From positions 1 through 32,440 of the forward strand of contig DATBSM010000067.1 in assembly GCA_036559785.1 (NCBI GenBank): 32,440 bases of DNA. The letters are read 5' to 3'. The notes beneath the pieces are model-generated. The model saw only the letters and a list, made by a program, of their open reading frames with translations, had not been told where the DNA came from and searched no databases. The stretch's first letter is position 1; every line of letters begins with the position of its first letter. Source of the stretch: Gemmatimonadales bacterium (GTDB lineage Bacteria > Gemmatimonadota > Gemmatimonadetes > Gemmatimonadales > GWC2-71-9). Below are positions 1 through 8,231 of the stretch, piece by piece. Made by a program: the position numbers and the translations under genes.

Positions 1-7
1 CTGGCCA
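1..7 (+). other. Possible 3' terminus of a tRNA gene lying just upstream of the window
   Basis: CTGGCCA at 1-7 is identical to the last 7 nt (3079-3085) of the tRNA-Phe-like fragment. The similarity ends exactly there, as expected for an acceptor 3' strand plus discriminator A. Only 7 nt are visible. Confidence 0.25.
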
Positions 8-48
8 CTGTTCTAATTCCCTTCGATAACACAGCCTACGAAAGAGAC

Positions 49-69
49 GGCCACCCGACCTGGGTGGCC
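49..69 (+). terminator. GC-rich hairpin, candidate terminator for whatever is encoded upstream of the window
   Basis: GGCCACCC (49-56) pairs perfectly with GGGTGGCC (62-69) around a 5-nt loop GACCT. It is followed by CGTTTA, a weak T tract. Confidence 0.3.
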
Positions 70-81
70 CGTTTAGCCTCC

Positions 82-101
82 AGTACCTGAAAGTACCTGA
101 C
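82..101. repeat. Tandem 10-nt direct repeat (AGTACCTGAA / AGTACCTGAC)
   Basis: Read directly: 82-91 and 92-101 match at 9 of 10 positions. They lie in the lower-GC non-coding leader upstream of the kinase. Confidence 0.6.
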
Positions 102-367
102 GGAGGCGAACTACTAAGCGCCCGGTCAATCAAGCGCTGCGCTCAAGCACCTTAAGCCTGGTACGAACAGGAGACACGCACTCGCGCACACCTTCCTTGA
201 ACTCCGCCTTTCTAACCGAAACGCCATGTGATCACCAGGCCTTCGTCAGGGTCGAGAACATCTGATCGACGATTCGGTGACCCGGCTAGGGACGACAAGG
301 CGACGGGCGGTAGGCGGCCGAAGCAGGTGGCCACACCCGCGGACGGTCGTCATATTGATGGACACCC

Positions 368-2998
368 ATGCACGAGCCCCGCTCCCGCCTCGCCGCCGCG
401 CTGGCCGAACGCTATCGCTTCGAGCGCGAGCTCGGCCAGGGCGGCATGGCGACTGTCTACCTCGCCCAGGACCTGAGGCACCACCGCCAGGTCGCCATCA
501 AGCTCATGCGGCCCGAGCTCTCCGCCGTGATCGGCGCCGAGCGGTTCCTGAGCGAGATCAGGACCACGGCCAACCTGCAGCACCCCCATATCCTGCCGCT
601 GTTCGACTCGGGCGAGGCCGACGGCGTGCTCTACTACGCCATGCCCTTCATCGAGGGCGAGTCGCTCCGCGACCGGCTCACCCGGGAGAAGCAGCTGCCG
701 GTGGGCGACGCGATCCGGATCGCCAGCGAGGTCGCGGGCGCGCTCGACTACGCCCACCGCCATGGGGTGATCCACCGCGACATTAAGCCCGAAAACATCC
801 TGCTGCACGACGGCTCCGCGCTGGTGGCGGACTTCGGCATCGCGCTGGCCGCGAGCAAGGCGGGCGGGACCCGGATCACCGAGACCGGGATGTCGGTCGG
901 CACGCCGCACTACATGAGCCCCGAGCCGGCGATGGGCGAGCGGGAGATCACCGCCCGTAGTGACATCTACGCCCTCGGCGCGGTCACCTACGAGATGCTG
1001 ATCGGCGAGCCGCCCTTCAGCGGGCCGACGGCGCAGGCCGTCGTGGCCAAGGTGCTGACCGAGGAGCCTCGGCCGCTGATCCCCCGCCGCCGCTCGATTC
1101 CCCCCGAGGTGGAGGAGACGGTCCTCACCGCCTTGGAGAAGCTGCCGGCCGACCGGTTCGGCTCGGGGCACGAATTCGCGGCGAGTCTCACCGCCGAGCG
1201 GGCCGGCCGACACGCGGGAGCCCGCGCGCGCCTGGTCCCCACGGCAGCCTCGCCCTGGCGGCGATGGATCGTCCCGGTGGCCGGCGTCGCCCTGCTGGCC
1301 GGGGCCTATCTCCTCGGCGCGCATCGGTCGGGTCCGGCTCCGCCTCCGATGAGCTTCGGCTCGACCACCAAGGTGACCTGGGATCCCGTCATGCAGGTGC
1401 TGCCGGCCATCTCGCCGGACGGCAAGACCGTGGCCTACGCCGGCGGCACGCCACTCCACATGCGGGTCTTCGTCCGCCTGGTAGCCGGCGGCCGGGAGAT
1501 CGCGCTTACGGACGACGCCGACCAGGTCCAGTCCCATCCCCGCTGGTCTCCTGACGGAAGCCGGGTCCTCTTCCTCGAGCGCGGCGGCGTCGTCAGCGCG
1601 CCGGCTGGCGGCGGGGCCGAGACGGCGGAGGTCCCGCCCGGCCGGAGCGGGCCGGTGATCTCGGCAGCCTGGGCGGCCGACGGAAAGCGGATCGCGTACG
1701 TCGTCGGCGACTCGGTCTTCGTCCGCGAGTCCCGCGGGGACTCCCGCGGCATCGCGCGTCTGTACGAGGCTCACGGCTGCGTTTGGAGCCCCGACGCCGA
1801 GTACCTCGCCTGCTCCTCGGGCAACGCCATCGCGCTCGCCCCGGGGACGCTGTTCGGCAACGTCTCACCCAGCCGGCTGGTGAGCCTGCGGGTGCGCGAC
1901 GGCCGGGTCGTGCCGCTCACCGACAGCCTCTTCTCCAACCTGAGCCCAGTGTGGTCGCCCGACGGGCGCTGGGTCTACTACGTCTCCAACCGGTACGGTC
2001 CGCGCGACATCTTCGCCCAGGCGATGGCGGCAGGCGCGCCGCGCGGACCCGCGCTCCGCCTCACTACCGGCCTCAATGCCCACACCATCTCGCTCTCGGC
2101 GGACGGCCGCCGTCTCGCATACGGCGACCTCGCGATCGAGAGCAGCGCCTGGTCCATCCCGGTGCCGGCCCATCTGCCGGTGGCGCCCTCGAGCGCGACC
2201 CAGCTTACCCACGGGTCCCAGTTCGTCGAGACGACCCTGCTCTCCCGGGACGGCCGCTTGCTGTACTACGACTCCGACCTCAGTGGCAACATGGACCTGT
2301 ACAGGATGGCGCTGCCCGCGGGCGCGCCCGAGCGGCTCACCAGCGATTCGAGCGACGACTTCTGGCCGGTGCCGTCGCCCGATGGCCGTGAGGTCGCGTT
2401 CCACTCGTGGCGGGCAGGCTCGCGCGACATCTGGGTCATGGGCCTCGACGGCGCCCCGCTCCAGCGGGTGACATCCTCCCCGGGCCAGGAGGCGTTGGCC
2501 GCCTGGGCGCCCGACGGGAATCGTCTCGCCTGGGCCATCTTCACCGGCCAGGGCGGCATCTGGACGGCACGCCGGACCTCGCGAGGCGCCCCGTGGGAGC
2601 AGCCGGTCGAGCGGCTCGGCTGGGGGTTCTCCCCCCACTGGTCGCCGGACGGGCGGAGCATGACCGTCAGCGCCTCGCTCACCCGTGGTGCGCTTTGGAT
2701 TATGCCGGCCGACTCGGGCATGCCACGGCTCGTGGCCGACACTACCGGGCCCCGGGCGGTGCTGGGCAACCAGGAGCAGTGGAGCGACGACGGCCGCGCC
2801 GTCTACACCCTGAGCAACGACTCGACCGGCACAACCTTCTGGCGCATTCCGCTCGAGGGCGGCACGCCGGAGCGGCTGATGACTTTCCCAGGTGGAAGGC
2901 GTGTGTCCGGCGGGTGGAGCGCGGCGGCGGGCCGCCTGGCCTACGCGATGTCCGAGGAGCGGAGCGACGTGTGGGTGATGGAGGTCAGGACCCGCTAG
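368..2998 (+). CDS. Receptor-type Ser/Thr protein kinase with a periplasmic TolB/PD40 beta-propeller repeat domain
   Basis: 876-aa ATG ORF. Hanks kinase motifs: GQGGMATVY, VAIK, HRDIKPENIL, DFG, GTPHYMSPE. One TM segment (WRRWIVPVAGVALLAGAYLLGA). About eleven (W)SPDG(K/R)xxxY/F PD40-type repeats occupy the C-terminal ~550 aa. Confidence 0.92.
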   Translation: MHEPRSRLAAALAERYRFERELGQGGMATVYLAQDLRHHRQVAIKLMRPELSAVIGAERFLSEIRTTANLQHPHILPLFDSGEADGVLYYAMPFIEGESLRDRLTREKQLPVGDAIRIASEVAGALDYAHRHGVIHRDIKPENILLHDGSALVADFGIALAASKAGGTRITETGMSVGTPHYMSPEPAMGEREITARSDIYALGAVTYEMLIGEPPFSGPTAQAVVAKVLTEEPRPLIPRRRSIPPEVEETVLTALEKLPADRFGSGHEFAASLTAERAGRHAGARARLVPTAASPWRRWIVPVAGVALLAGAYLLGAHRSGPAPPPMSFGSTTKVTWDPVMQVLPAISPDGKTVAYAGGTPLHMRVFVRLVAGGREIALTDDADQVQSHPRWSPDGSRVLFLERGGVVSAPAGGGAETAEVPPGRSGPVISAAWAADGKRIAYVVGDSVFVRESRGDSRGIARLYEAHGCVWSPDAEYLACSSGNAIALAPGTLFGNVSPSRLVSLRVRDGRVVPLTDSLFSNLSPVWSPDGRWVYYVSNRYGPRDIFAQAMAAGAPRGPALRLTTGLNAHTISLSADGRRLAYGDLAIESSAWSIPVPAHLPVAPSSATQLTHGSQFVETTLLSRDGRLLYYDSDLSGNMDLYRMALPAGAPERLTSDSSDDFWPVPSPDGREVAFHSWRAGSRDIWVMGLDGAPLQRVTSSPGQEALAAWAPDGNRLAWAIFTGQGGIWTARRTSRGAPWEQPVERLGWGFSPHWSPDGRSMTVSASLTRGALWIMPADSGMPRLVADTTGPRAVLGNQEQWSDDGRAVYTLSNDSTGTTFWRIPLEGGTPERLMTFPGGRRVSGGWSAAAGRLAYAMSEERSDVWVMEVRTR

Positions 2999-3043
2999 CC
3001 CTAGTGGCTCCCTATGGTTCTCCAGGGACCGGGTCCTAACGCC

Positions 3044-3085
3044 CTGAAAATCCGCGTGTCGGGGGTTCAATTCCCTCCCTGGCCA
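3044..3085 (+). pseudogene. tRNA-Phe(GAA) 3' portion only (anticodon loop to discriminator), a putative att-type remnant
   Basis: CTGAAAA-TCCGC-GTGTC-GGGGG-TTCAATT-CCCTC-CCTGGCC-A follows the bacterial tRNA-Phe layout: anticodon loop with GAA, 3' anticodon stem, GTGTC variable loop, T arm with one G-U pair, acceptor 3' strand. No matching 5' anticodon-stem strand (needs GCGGA; ACGCC is present) and no GGCCAGG acceptor 5' strand or D arm occur upstream, so this is not a complete gene. Confidence 0.6.
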
Positions 3086-3109
3086 TGACAGATCTCAGCT
3101 GGACCTCCT

Positions 3110-3126
3110 CCAGGCGCTTCGCCTGG
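3110..3126. terminator. Hairpin between convergent genes, a weak candidate bidirectional terminator
   Basis: CCAGGCG-CTT-CGCCTGG is a perfect 7-bp stem with a 3-nt loop. It is nested inside a 7-nt inverted repeat, ATGACAG (3085-3091) and CTGTCAT (3137-3143). There is no clear U tract. Confidence 0.25.
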
Positions 3127-3153
3127 ACAGGCCACTGTCATACGTCTTTGTGG

Positions 3154-3639
3154 CTAAATGGTGGGATCTATTCTGATCTCGTAGCGTACCGGAAGCACGG
3201 CCGCACCCTGGCCTGACGCGGGCCTCTCGCTGCGGAAATTCACCTCGGGCTCCCACTCAGCGACGGCGTGTCGACCCCGAATAACTGTCACCGCCGCGTC
3301 TGGCATGACCTCCTCGAAGCGCCCACTCTCGGCTCGAACCCACAAGCGGGGCGACTGGCCGGCCGGCGAGCTCGCCGGAGCTGTCCCTACCACCACCAAC
3401 CGGTAGCCCGTATTCGCTGACAGGCGAACCGTCACCGTCTCCTCTCTCAAGTTGCCTCGGCGAACCGTCTCCCGAGCCGAGCCCACCCCGTTGATCGAAG
3501 CACGCGGAGGAACGCGCGCGATCAGGGTGATGTGGGCTGTACCCGAGGCCAAACCGATCTGTGCCTGAAGCGCAGCCGGTCCCATCAGGGCGAGGCCCAG
3601 GGCAGCAAGTCTGATGGGGCGTGTCAAAGAACGAGACAT
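3154..3639 (-). CDS. Hypothetical secreted beta-rich protein
   Basis: ORF with N-terminal signal peptide (RPIRLAALGLALMGPAALQAQ). The mature part shows alternating hydrophobic beta-strand patterns (HITLIARV, TVTVRLSANTGYRLVVVG, LPVRYEIRIDPT). I recognise no family. Start is ATG 3639, or GTG 3645. Confidence 0.6.
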   Translation of the reverse strand: MSRSLTRPIRLAALGLALMGPAALQAQIGLASGTAHITLIARVPPRASINGVGSARETVRRGNLREETVTVRLSANTGYRLVVVGTAPASSPAGQSPRLWVRAESGRFEEVMPDAAVTVIRGRHAVAEWEPEVNFRSERPASGQGAAVLPVRYEIRIDPTI

Positions 3640-3829
3640 GGTCACACCCTAGTGAATCTCGGAACTCGCCATAGAACCGCAGCCTACAGACCTAAAGGAC
3701 GGGTCCGCCAAGTGTATTGTCATGCAGCGATTGACGATGAGACATGGCCCGGTACCTGCTATTTAGTGCCGACCATGACTGCCGGCTGGGTTACGCCCGG
3801 CGTGCTCGAAGCACTAAAACGGGGGCTGC

Positions 3830-4219
3830 ATGATCACAGGAGCCGGGCAGCGGGTGTTGATCGTCGACGACGATCCTGGAATCCGCCGCACGCTTCACAT
3901 CCTGCTGAGCAGGGAAGGCTATCAGGTCACCCAGGCCCGGGACGGAGTCGAAGCGCTCCGGCTCTGGCGCGATCACGGTGGCGACCTTGTCATCACCGAT
4001 CTGCACATGCCGGAGAAGAACGGTATCGAGACCATCGTCGAGCTCCTGTCCCACACTCCGAATATGCGAATCATCGCGATGTCGGGTGGGGGTCAGACCA
4101 AGCGCCTCGACCTGCTCAGCAACGCCACAATGCTCGGCGCCGTGCTCACCATCGAAAAGCCGTTCACCTTGAGCGAGATGATGAACATTGTCCGCCAGGC
4201 CCTCAAGCCCGAGGAGTAG
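3830..4219 (+). CDS. Single-domain response regulator (CheY-like receiver)
   Basis: 129 aa. Acidic pocket LIVDDD, phospho-acceptor context DLVITDLHMP, conserved S/T region (IIAMSGG) and EKPF lysine motif. No output domain. Confidence 0.9.
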   Translation: MITGAGQRVLIVDDDPGIRRTLHILLSREGYQVTQARDGVEALRLWRDHGGDLVITDLHMPEKNGIETIVELLSHTPNMRIIAMSGGGQTKRLDLLSNATMLGAVLTIEKPFTLSEMMNIVRQALKPEE

Positions 4220-4284
4220 GGCCAGAGGTCCAGCATCGCTACACCCCTGATAGTCCAGAAAATGCAGCCGAAAAGGACGCCCCG

Positions 4285-5130
4285 CTAGTCGCCGCCGGTA
4301 ATGGTGACCGTGACGCCATCGGGGTCTGTGGCCCCAACCCCGCTCGATGAGGATGACAGGCCGCCGGCCGCCGTCACTCGCTGGATGAGCGCCTTCCGCG
4401 CCTTCTCGTCCGGCACCCGAAGCTCCCAACCCGATAAACCGGCAACTCGATCGGAATCCCGACCCGGCCGTTCTCCAGCCCAGGTGTTCAGGTTGAGATG
4501 GTGGTGGTACCCCCCAGCCGACACAGCCACCAGCGAGGGGATGCTCATCATCACGTCGAACCCGATTATCTCGCGGTAGAAGGCGACCGCAGGCCCGAGC
4601 TGGGCGACGGTGAAGTGCACGTGCCCCACGACTGTCCCCGGGGAGAGGCCGGTCCATGGCTCCGGCCGCTCCCGCCCCGCGGCAGTTACGCCTTCGACAT
4701 CCATCGGGTCCACGGTCATCTGCACCACCCCATCGCGAACCGGCCATGTGGACCGGGGGCGATCGGCATAGATCTCCAGCCCATTTCCATCGGGGTCGTC
4801 GAGGTACAGAGATTCGCTCACTGCGTGGTCCGACATTCCCCGGAGGGGATAACCGGACCGATGCAATTCCGACAGCGAGCGGCCGAGCTCGCGGCGGTCA
4901 GGAACCAGGAGTGCTACGTGGTAGAGGCCGGTGCTTACTGGGCGCGCCGGGCGTCGGGCGATGCCACGGTGCTCCTCGAGGACGAGCAGATTACCGAGCG
5001 TCAGGCTCGAGCCTTCATCCCGGCTCACGTCCAAGCCGAGGACGCCTCTATAGAAAGCGAGGGAACGCTCGAGATCTCCGACCCGGAGGCGGACACGGCC
5101 GATGTGGGTGTCAGGGGAAAGCATGCCCAT
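4285..5130 (-). CDS. VOC (glyoxalase/bleomycin-resistance/extradiol dioxygenase) family protein with two tandem VOC modules
   Basis: Module 1: HIGRVRLRVGDLERSLAFYRGVLGL ... HVALLVP. Module 2: GHVHFTVAQLGPAVAFYREIIGFD. Typical of CatE/MhqA-like proteins. Start set at ATG 5130 (MGMLSPDTH); the 46-codon upstream extension to 5268 is Arg/Pro-rich and looks non-coding. Confidence 0.8.
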   Translation of the reverse strand: MGMLSPDTHIGRVRLRVGDLERSLAFYRGVLGLDVSRDEGSSLTLGNLLVLEEHRGIARRPARPVSTGLYHVALLVPDRRELGRSLSELHRSGYPLRGMSDHAVSESLYLDDPDGNGLEIYADRPRSTWPVRDGVVQMTVDPMDVEGVTAAGRERPEPWTGLSPGTVVGHVHFTVAQLGPAVAFYREIIGFDVMMSIPSLVAVSAGGYHHHLNLNTWAGERPGRDSDRVAGLSGWELRVPDEKARKALIQRVTAAGGLSSSSSGVGATDPDGVTVTITGGD

Positions 5131-5270
5131 GTGGTGACATGGTGGGCTCCTTCTGCCCTCCGCGCAACCCTTTTTGCCCGGCAGCCATCTACAGGAGGTA
5201 CGGCCGACCCGGACTGGTTTACCGAAACGCCCCGTGCGATCCTGCGTAGGGTGATGTCGAGGCCTCACCG

Positions 5271-6482
5271 ATGCCCTTGAGCCGTCGCCATTTCATGCTG
5301 GGAAGTGCCGGTGCAGTGCTGGCCACAGCGCGCGCCGGTACCGCTTGGCCTATGCAGCTGCCGGGGGAAGCCGGAGCCCCGCAATGGCAGCCCAACGCCG
5401 ATCTGCTGCGCCACTTACCACGCCTGCTCGAATTGGCTTCAGTCCCCGGCCTGGCGTTAGCCGTGGTTGATCAGGGGCGGGTCTGGAGGCGAGGTTTTGG
5501 CCGTGCCATCGAGGATCCGGCGCAGTCGGTCTCGGAGGAGACGGTGTTCGAGGCTGCCTCACTGGGAAAGCCGGTGTTCGCCTACGCCGTACTGCGGATG
5601 GCCGATGCCGGCGTCCTCGACCTGGATCGCCCGCTCTACGACTACCTCCCGCTCCCCGACGCCAACAACGCTCGCATGAAGCGGGTGACCGCGCGGCATA
5701 TCCTCAGCCATACTTCCGGGCTCCCCAACTGGCGACAGCAGCTCTCTCCTCTGGAACCGGCTACGGAACCAGGCAAGGAATTCAGCTACTCCGGGGAGGC
5801 CTACTTCTACCTCCAGAGGGCCGTGGAAGCGCTGAGCGGAAAACCGTTCAGCCGGTTGATGCGGGAGCAGGTCCTCGACCCGCTCGACATGAAACGGAGC
5901 AGCTACAACTGGCAGCCAGAATTCGAGCCCCGGATGGCTGCCGGATACGACGGCCGCGAGAACCGGCTCGACGTGCAGGCCGCCATCGGACGCAGGGTTC
6001 TGGCGATCGCCCACGACTGGGGTAAGCCGCTCGATGAGTGGAGATACGAGGATTCCGCACGAGCGGTCCAGCTGGTCAATCCGCAGTGGCCCGTGCTTCC
6101 GTTGTATATGGTGCCGAATGCGGCGGCCTCTCTACTGACCACGGTCAGCGACTACGCCAAGTTCCTGGCCCGCCTGGTCGCCCAGCCGCCTGCTCCAGGA
6201 CTGAATCTCACCACTGCAACCCGGACCGCGATGATGACGCCGCAGGTTCGGCTCAATAGCGCTCTGTCCTGGGGGCTCGGGTGGGGGATTCAGCGGGACG
6301 AGCACGGGGAGGTGTTGTGGCACTGGGGCGCAAACAACTCGTTCCGCAACTTCGTCATCGCCGACCCAACCAACGGGCGGGCGATTGTGGTCTTCACCAA
6401 CAGTGAGAACGGCCCCCGCATTTACGAACGGGTGATCGTGGCGATCACAGGGCACGACCACCCAGCCTTCCTCTGGATCTAG
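5271..6482 (+). CDS. Serine hydrolase of the beta-lactamase (class C / DD-peptidase-like) family, Tat-exported
   Basis: 403 aa. Twin-arginine signal SRRHFMLGSAGAVLATARA. SxxK nucleophile motif (ASLGKPV). HTSGL motif typical of this family. Confidence 0.85.
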   Translation: MPLSRRHFMLGSAGAVLATARAGTAWPMQLPGEAGAPQWQPNADLLRHLPRLLELASVPGLALAVVDQGRVWRRGFGRAIEDPAQSVSEETVFEAASLGKPVFAYAVLRMADAGVLDLDRPLYDYLPLPDANNARMKRVTARHILSHTSGLPNWRQQLSPLEPATEPGKEFSYSGEAYFYLQRAVEALSGKPFSRLMREQVLDPLDMKRSSYNWQPEFEPRMAAGYDGRENRLDVQAAIGRRVLAIAHDWGKPLDEWRYEDSARAVQLVNPQWPVLPLYMVPNAAASLLTTVSDYAKFLARLVAQPPAPGLNLTTATRTAMMTPQVRLNSALSWGLGWGIQRDEHGEVLWHWGANNSFRNFVIADPTNGRAIVVFTNSENGPRIYERVIVAITGHDHPAFLWI

Positions 6483-6533
6483 CTGCGGCCATCATACTGC
6501 TCGGGCTGGCACTGGTGGACGTGGACTGGGGAC

Positions 6534-7214
6534 TCACCAGTCCTTTTGGCCGGCGCCCCCGCCCGAAGACTGGCGGCCCTCGTGACTATTGAGCTGCTCC
6601 CTTTCGAGCGCCTCTAGCAGCGCCCGGGCCTGGGCTTCGCTGAGCTCTTCGGCCGATTCCCCTTCTCCCGACCCATATCCGCCACCGGCCATCGCCCCGA
6701 CGGCCGCCTCCGGATTTCCCTCGTAGCCCGGCACGTTCATGTTGCCCTGTCCGTAGTCCGCCGAGCGGCCGCGGCCGGGCGAGCCACCGGATTCCCGATC
6801 CTGGCCTCGACGCTGAATCGCCAGCTCCAGGTTCCATTTGGCCGCTGAATCAGCCGGTTGCAAGCGCAGCGCCTCCTCATATGCCACGATCGCCTGTCGC
6901 AGCGGTTCGTCCTTCTCTGGCGCCTCCTCGGAAGCCCGGACGTAGGCGTTGCCGAGGTTGTAGTAGCTCCGTTGCCGGAGACGGGGAACAGAGGCAGCCT
7001 CCCGGAAGCTCTTGGCTGCGTCCTCGTACCGCTTGAGGCGGTACAGCGCGACACCGAGGTCATACTGGATAGCGGGATCGCCGCTTACGGCTAACGCCTG
7101 CTGAAACGCCTGGTGGGCCTCGGCATAGTGGCCCGACTGGTAAAGCCGGCTGCCTCTGCGGGCTTCGCGCAGCCCAGGGCTGCAGGCCGCCAGGAGGATG
7201 AGCGCCCCCGCCAT
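6534..7214 (-). CDS. TPR-repeat lipoprotein (BatC-like), last gene of the MoxR/VWA unit
   Basis: Lipobox LLAAC at the N-terminus when started at ATG 7214, 5 nt after the upstream stop. TPR-like repeats (YQSGHYAEAHQAFQQAL, YRLKRYEDAAKSFREA, YNLGNAYV, AIVAYEEALRLQP). Gly/Ser-rich tail followed by an acidic helix. Confidence 0.8.
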   Translation of the reverse strand: MAGALILLAACSPGLREARRGSRLYQSGHYAEAHQAFQQALAVSGDPAIQYDLGVALYRLKRYEDAAKSFREAASVPRLRQRSYYNLGNAYVRASEEAPEKDEPLRQAIVAYEEALRLQPADSAAKWNLELAIQRRGQDRESGGSPGRGRSADYGQGNMNVPGYEGNPEAAVGAMAGGGYGSGEGESAEELSEAQARALLEALEREQLNSHEGRQSSGGGAGQKDW

Positions 7215-7219
7215 GACTC

Positions 7220-8227
7220 TCACTTTCGCCTCCGATGCGAGACCGCCCCAAGCAGCGGTTCCATCGCCAGGATGGCGACAGCCAAGCCGAGCGGCCACTG
7301 AAACTGATCCGCCCGTTCCGGAGATGTCCGGGATGACATGGTCCGCTTCTCCAGCTTCTCCAGCTCGGCGCTCAGCTCCGATCCGACCGACTGGCTCCAG
7401 CGGAGATAGACCCCGTCAGTCTCATTCGCGGCCCGGCGGAGATCGCCTTCCTCGAGCCGGGACTGGACGATGCGGCCGATGTGGTCGCGATGCCATCGCT
7501 CGGGGGCCTCGCTGCTGTCTGCCGGAATTGACGCCCCTTCACCGGTGCCGAGACCGATGGCGATCACCGGGACTCCCGCCAGGCGAAGCCGCTTGAGTGG
7601 CGGGCCCACGTCTCCCTCCACACTCTCGCCATCGGAGAGAAGCAACACCGATTGAAAGCCCCGCTCACCCGCATGCTCGAACGCGGTGGCTGCGGCGGCC
7701 AGCGCCCGCGACAGGTCCGTAGCCGGATTGGCGAGGTCGTCCGTGCTTGCGGCGTCGAGAAAGCGCCGGAACGCGGCATGGTTGGCGGTCAGCGGGAGCT
7801 GGAGGAAGGCGCTGCCGCCGAAGACGACGAGCCCAAGCCGATCGCCCGGCGACCGCGCCACCGCATCGAGCACGGCACTCTTCGCGAGCGCCAAACGGGG
7901 AAGATCTCCGTCGGCGGCGTTCATCGAACGGGAGAGATCCAGCAGCACCAACACATCGCGTCCGGTGTGGGCCAGGGATGCGGGACGCTCGCCAAACTGC
8001 GGGCGTGCCGCAGCGACCAGAGCGAAGCTCAGCCCCGCCAGTGTCAGGGCCTGACGGAGCGCTGTGAACCGCGCCGATGGAAGGGTGGACCCACGTGCCA
8101 GCAGACCGGGCTGCCCGAAGCCGTGCAGCCGGACACCTCTCGCTCGCTCGTGCCGGCGCATTGCCCACACCGCCAGCGAAAGGGCCGGGAGCAACAGGAC
8201 GAGGGCGATGGGATAGGCGAAGGTCAT
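7220..8227 (-). CDS. VWA-domain membrane protein (BatB-like)
   Basis: N-terminal TM (MTFAYPIALVLLLPALSLAV). MIDAS motif DVLVLLDLSRSM. Downstream SVLLLSDGES. C-terminal TM segment. Confidence 0.88.
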   Translation of the reverse strand: MTFAYPIALVLLLPALSLAVWAMRRHERARGVRLHGFGQPGLLARGSTLPSARFTALRQALTLAGLSFALVAAARPQFGERPASLAHTGRDVLVLLDLSRSMNAADGDLPRLALAKSAVLDAVARSPGDRLGLVVFGGSAFLQLPLTANHAAFRRFLDAASTDDLANPATDLSRALAAAATAFEHAGERGFQSVLLLSDGESVEGDVGPPLKRLRLAGVPVIAIGLGTGEGASIPADSSEAPERWHRDHIGRIVQSRLEEGDLRRAANETDGVYLRWSQSVGSELSAELEKLEKRTMSSRTSPERADQFQWPLGLAVAILAMEPLLGAVSHRRRK

Positions 8228-8231
8228 GGCG

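Noticed and set aside
82-101. Tandem decamer as a possible CRISPR or VNTR locus.
   Set aside because: There are only two adjacent copies with no spacers, and no cas genes in the window. It is too short to be more than a local duplication.
1-230. Possible tmRNA or other structured RNA, suggested by a tRNA-like end at position 1-7 and a short reading frame ending GCG AAC TAC TAA.
   Set aside because: The putative tag would end in ANY rather than a hydrophobic ALAA-type tail. I found no tmRNA-like pseudoknots or 3' tRNA-like domain, and the acceptor-like 7-mer is at the wrong (5') end of the segment.
3010-3085. A complete tRNA gene ending at 3085.
   Set aside because: Only the part from the anticodon loop onward fits. 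The 5 nt before the loop (ACGCC) cannot pair with the TCCGC 3' anticodon stem. No GGCCAGG acceptor 5' strand or D arm exists in the preceding 40 nt. It is therefore reported as a fragment, not a gene.
5131-5268. Longer N-terminal extensions offered by the ORF track for several genes: VOC to 5268, TPR to 7298, MFP to 16385, HtrA to 20206, HEAT to 26778, GT4 from 29357.
   Set aside because: The extensions are Arg/Pro-rich and overlap neighbouring genes or divergent promoters. Internal starts give proper signal peptides or lipoboxes, canonical family N-termini, and nearby Shine-Dalgarno-like purine runs.
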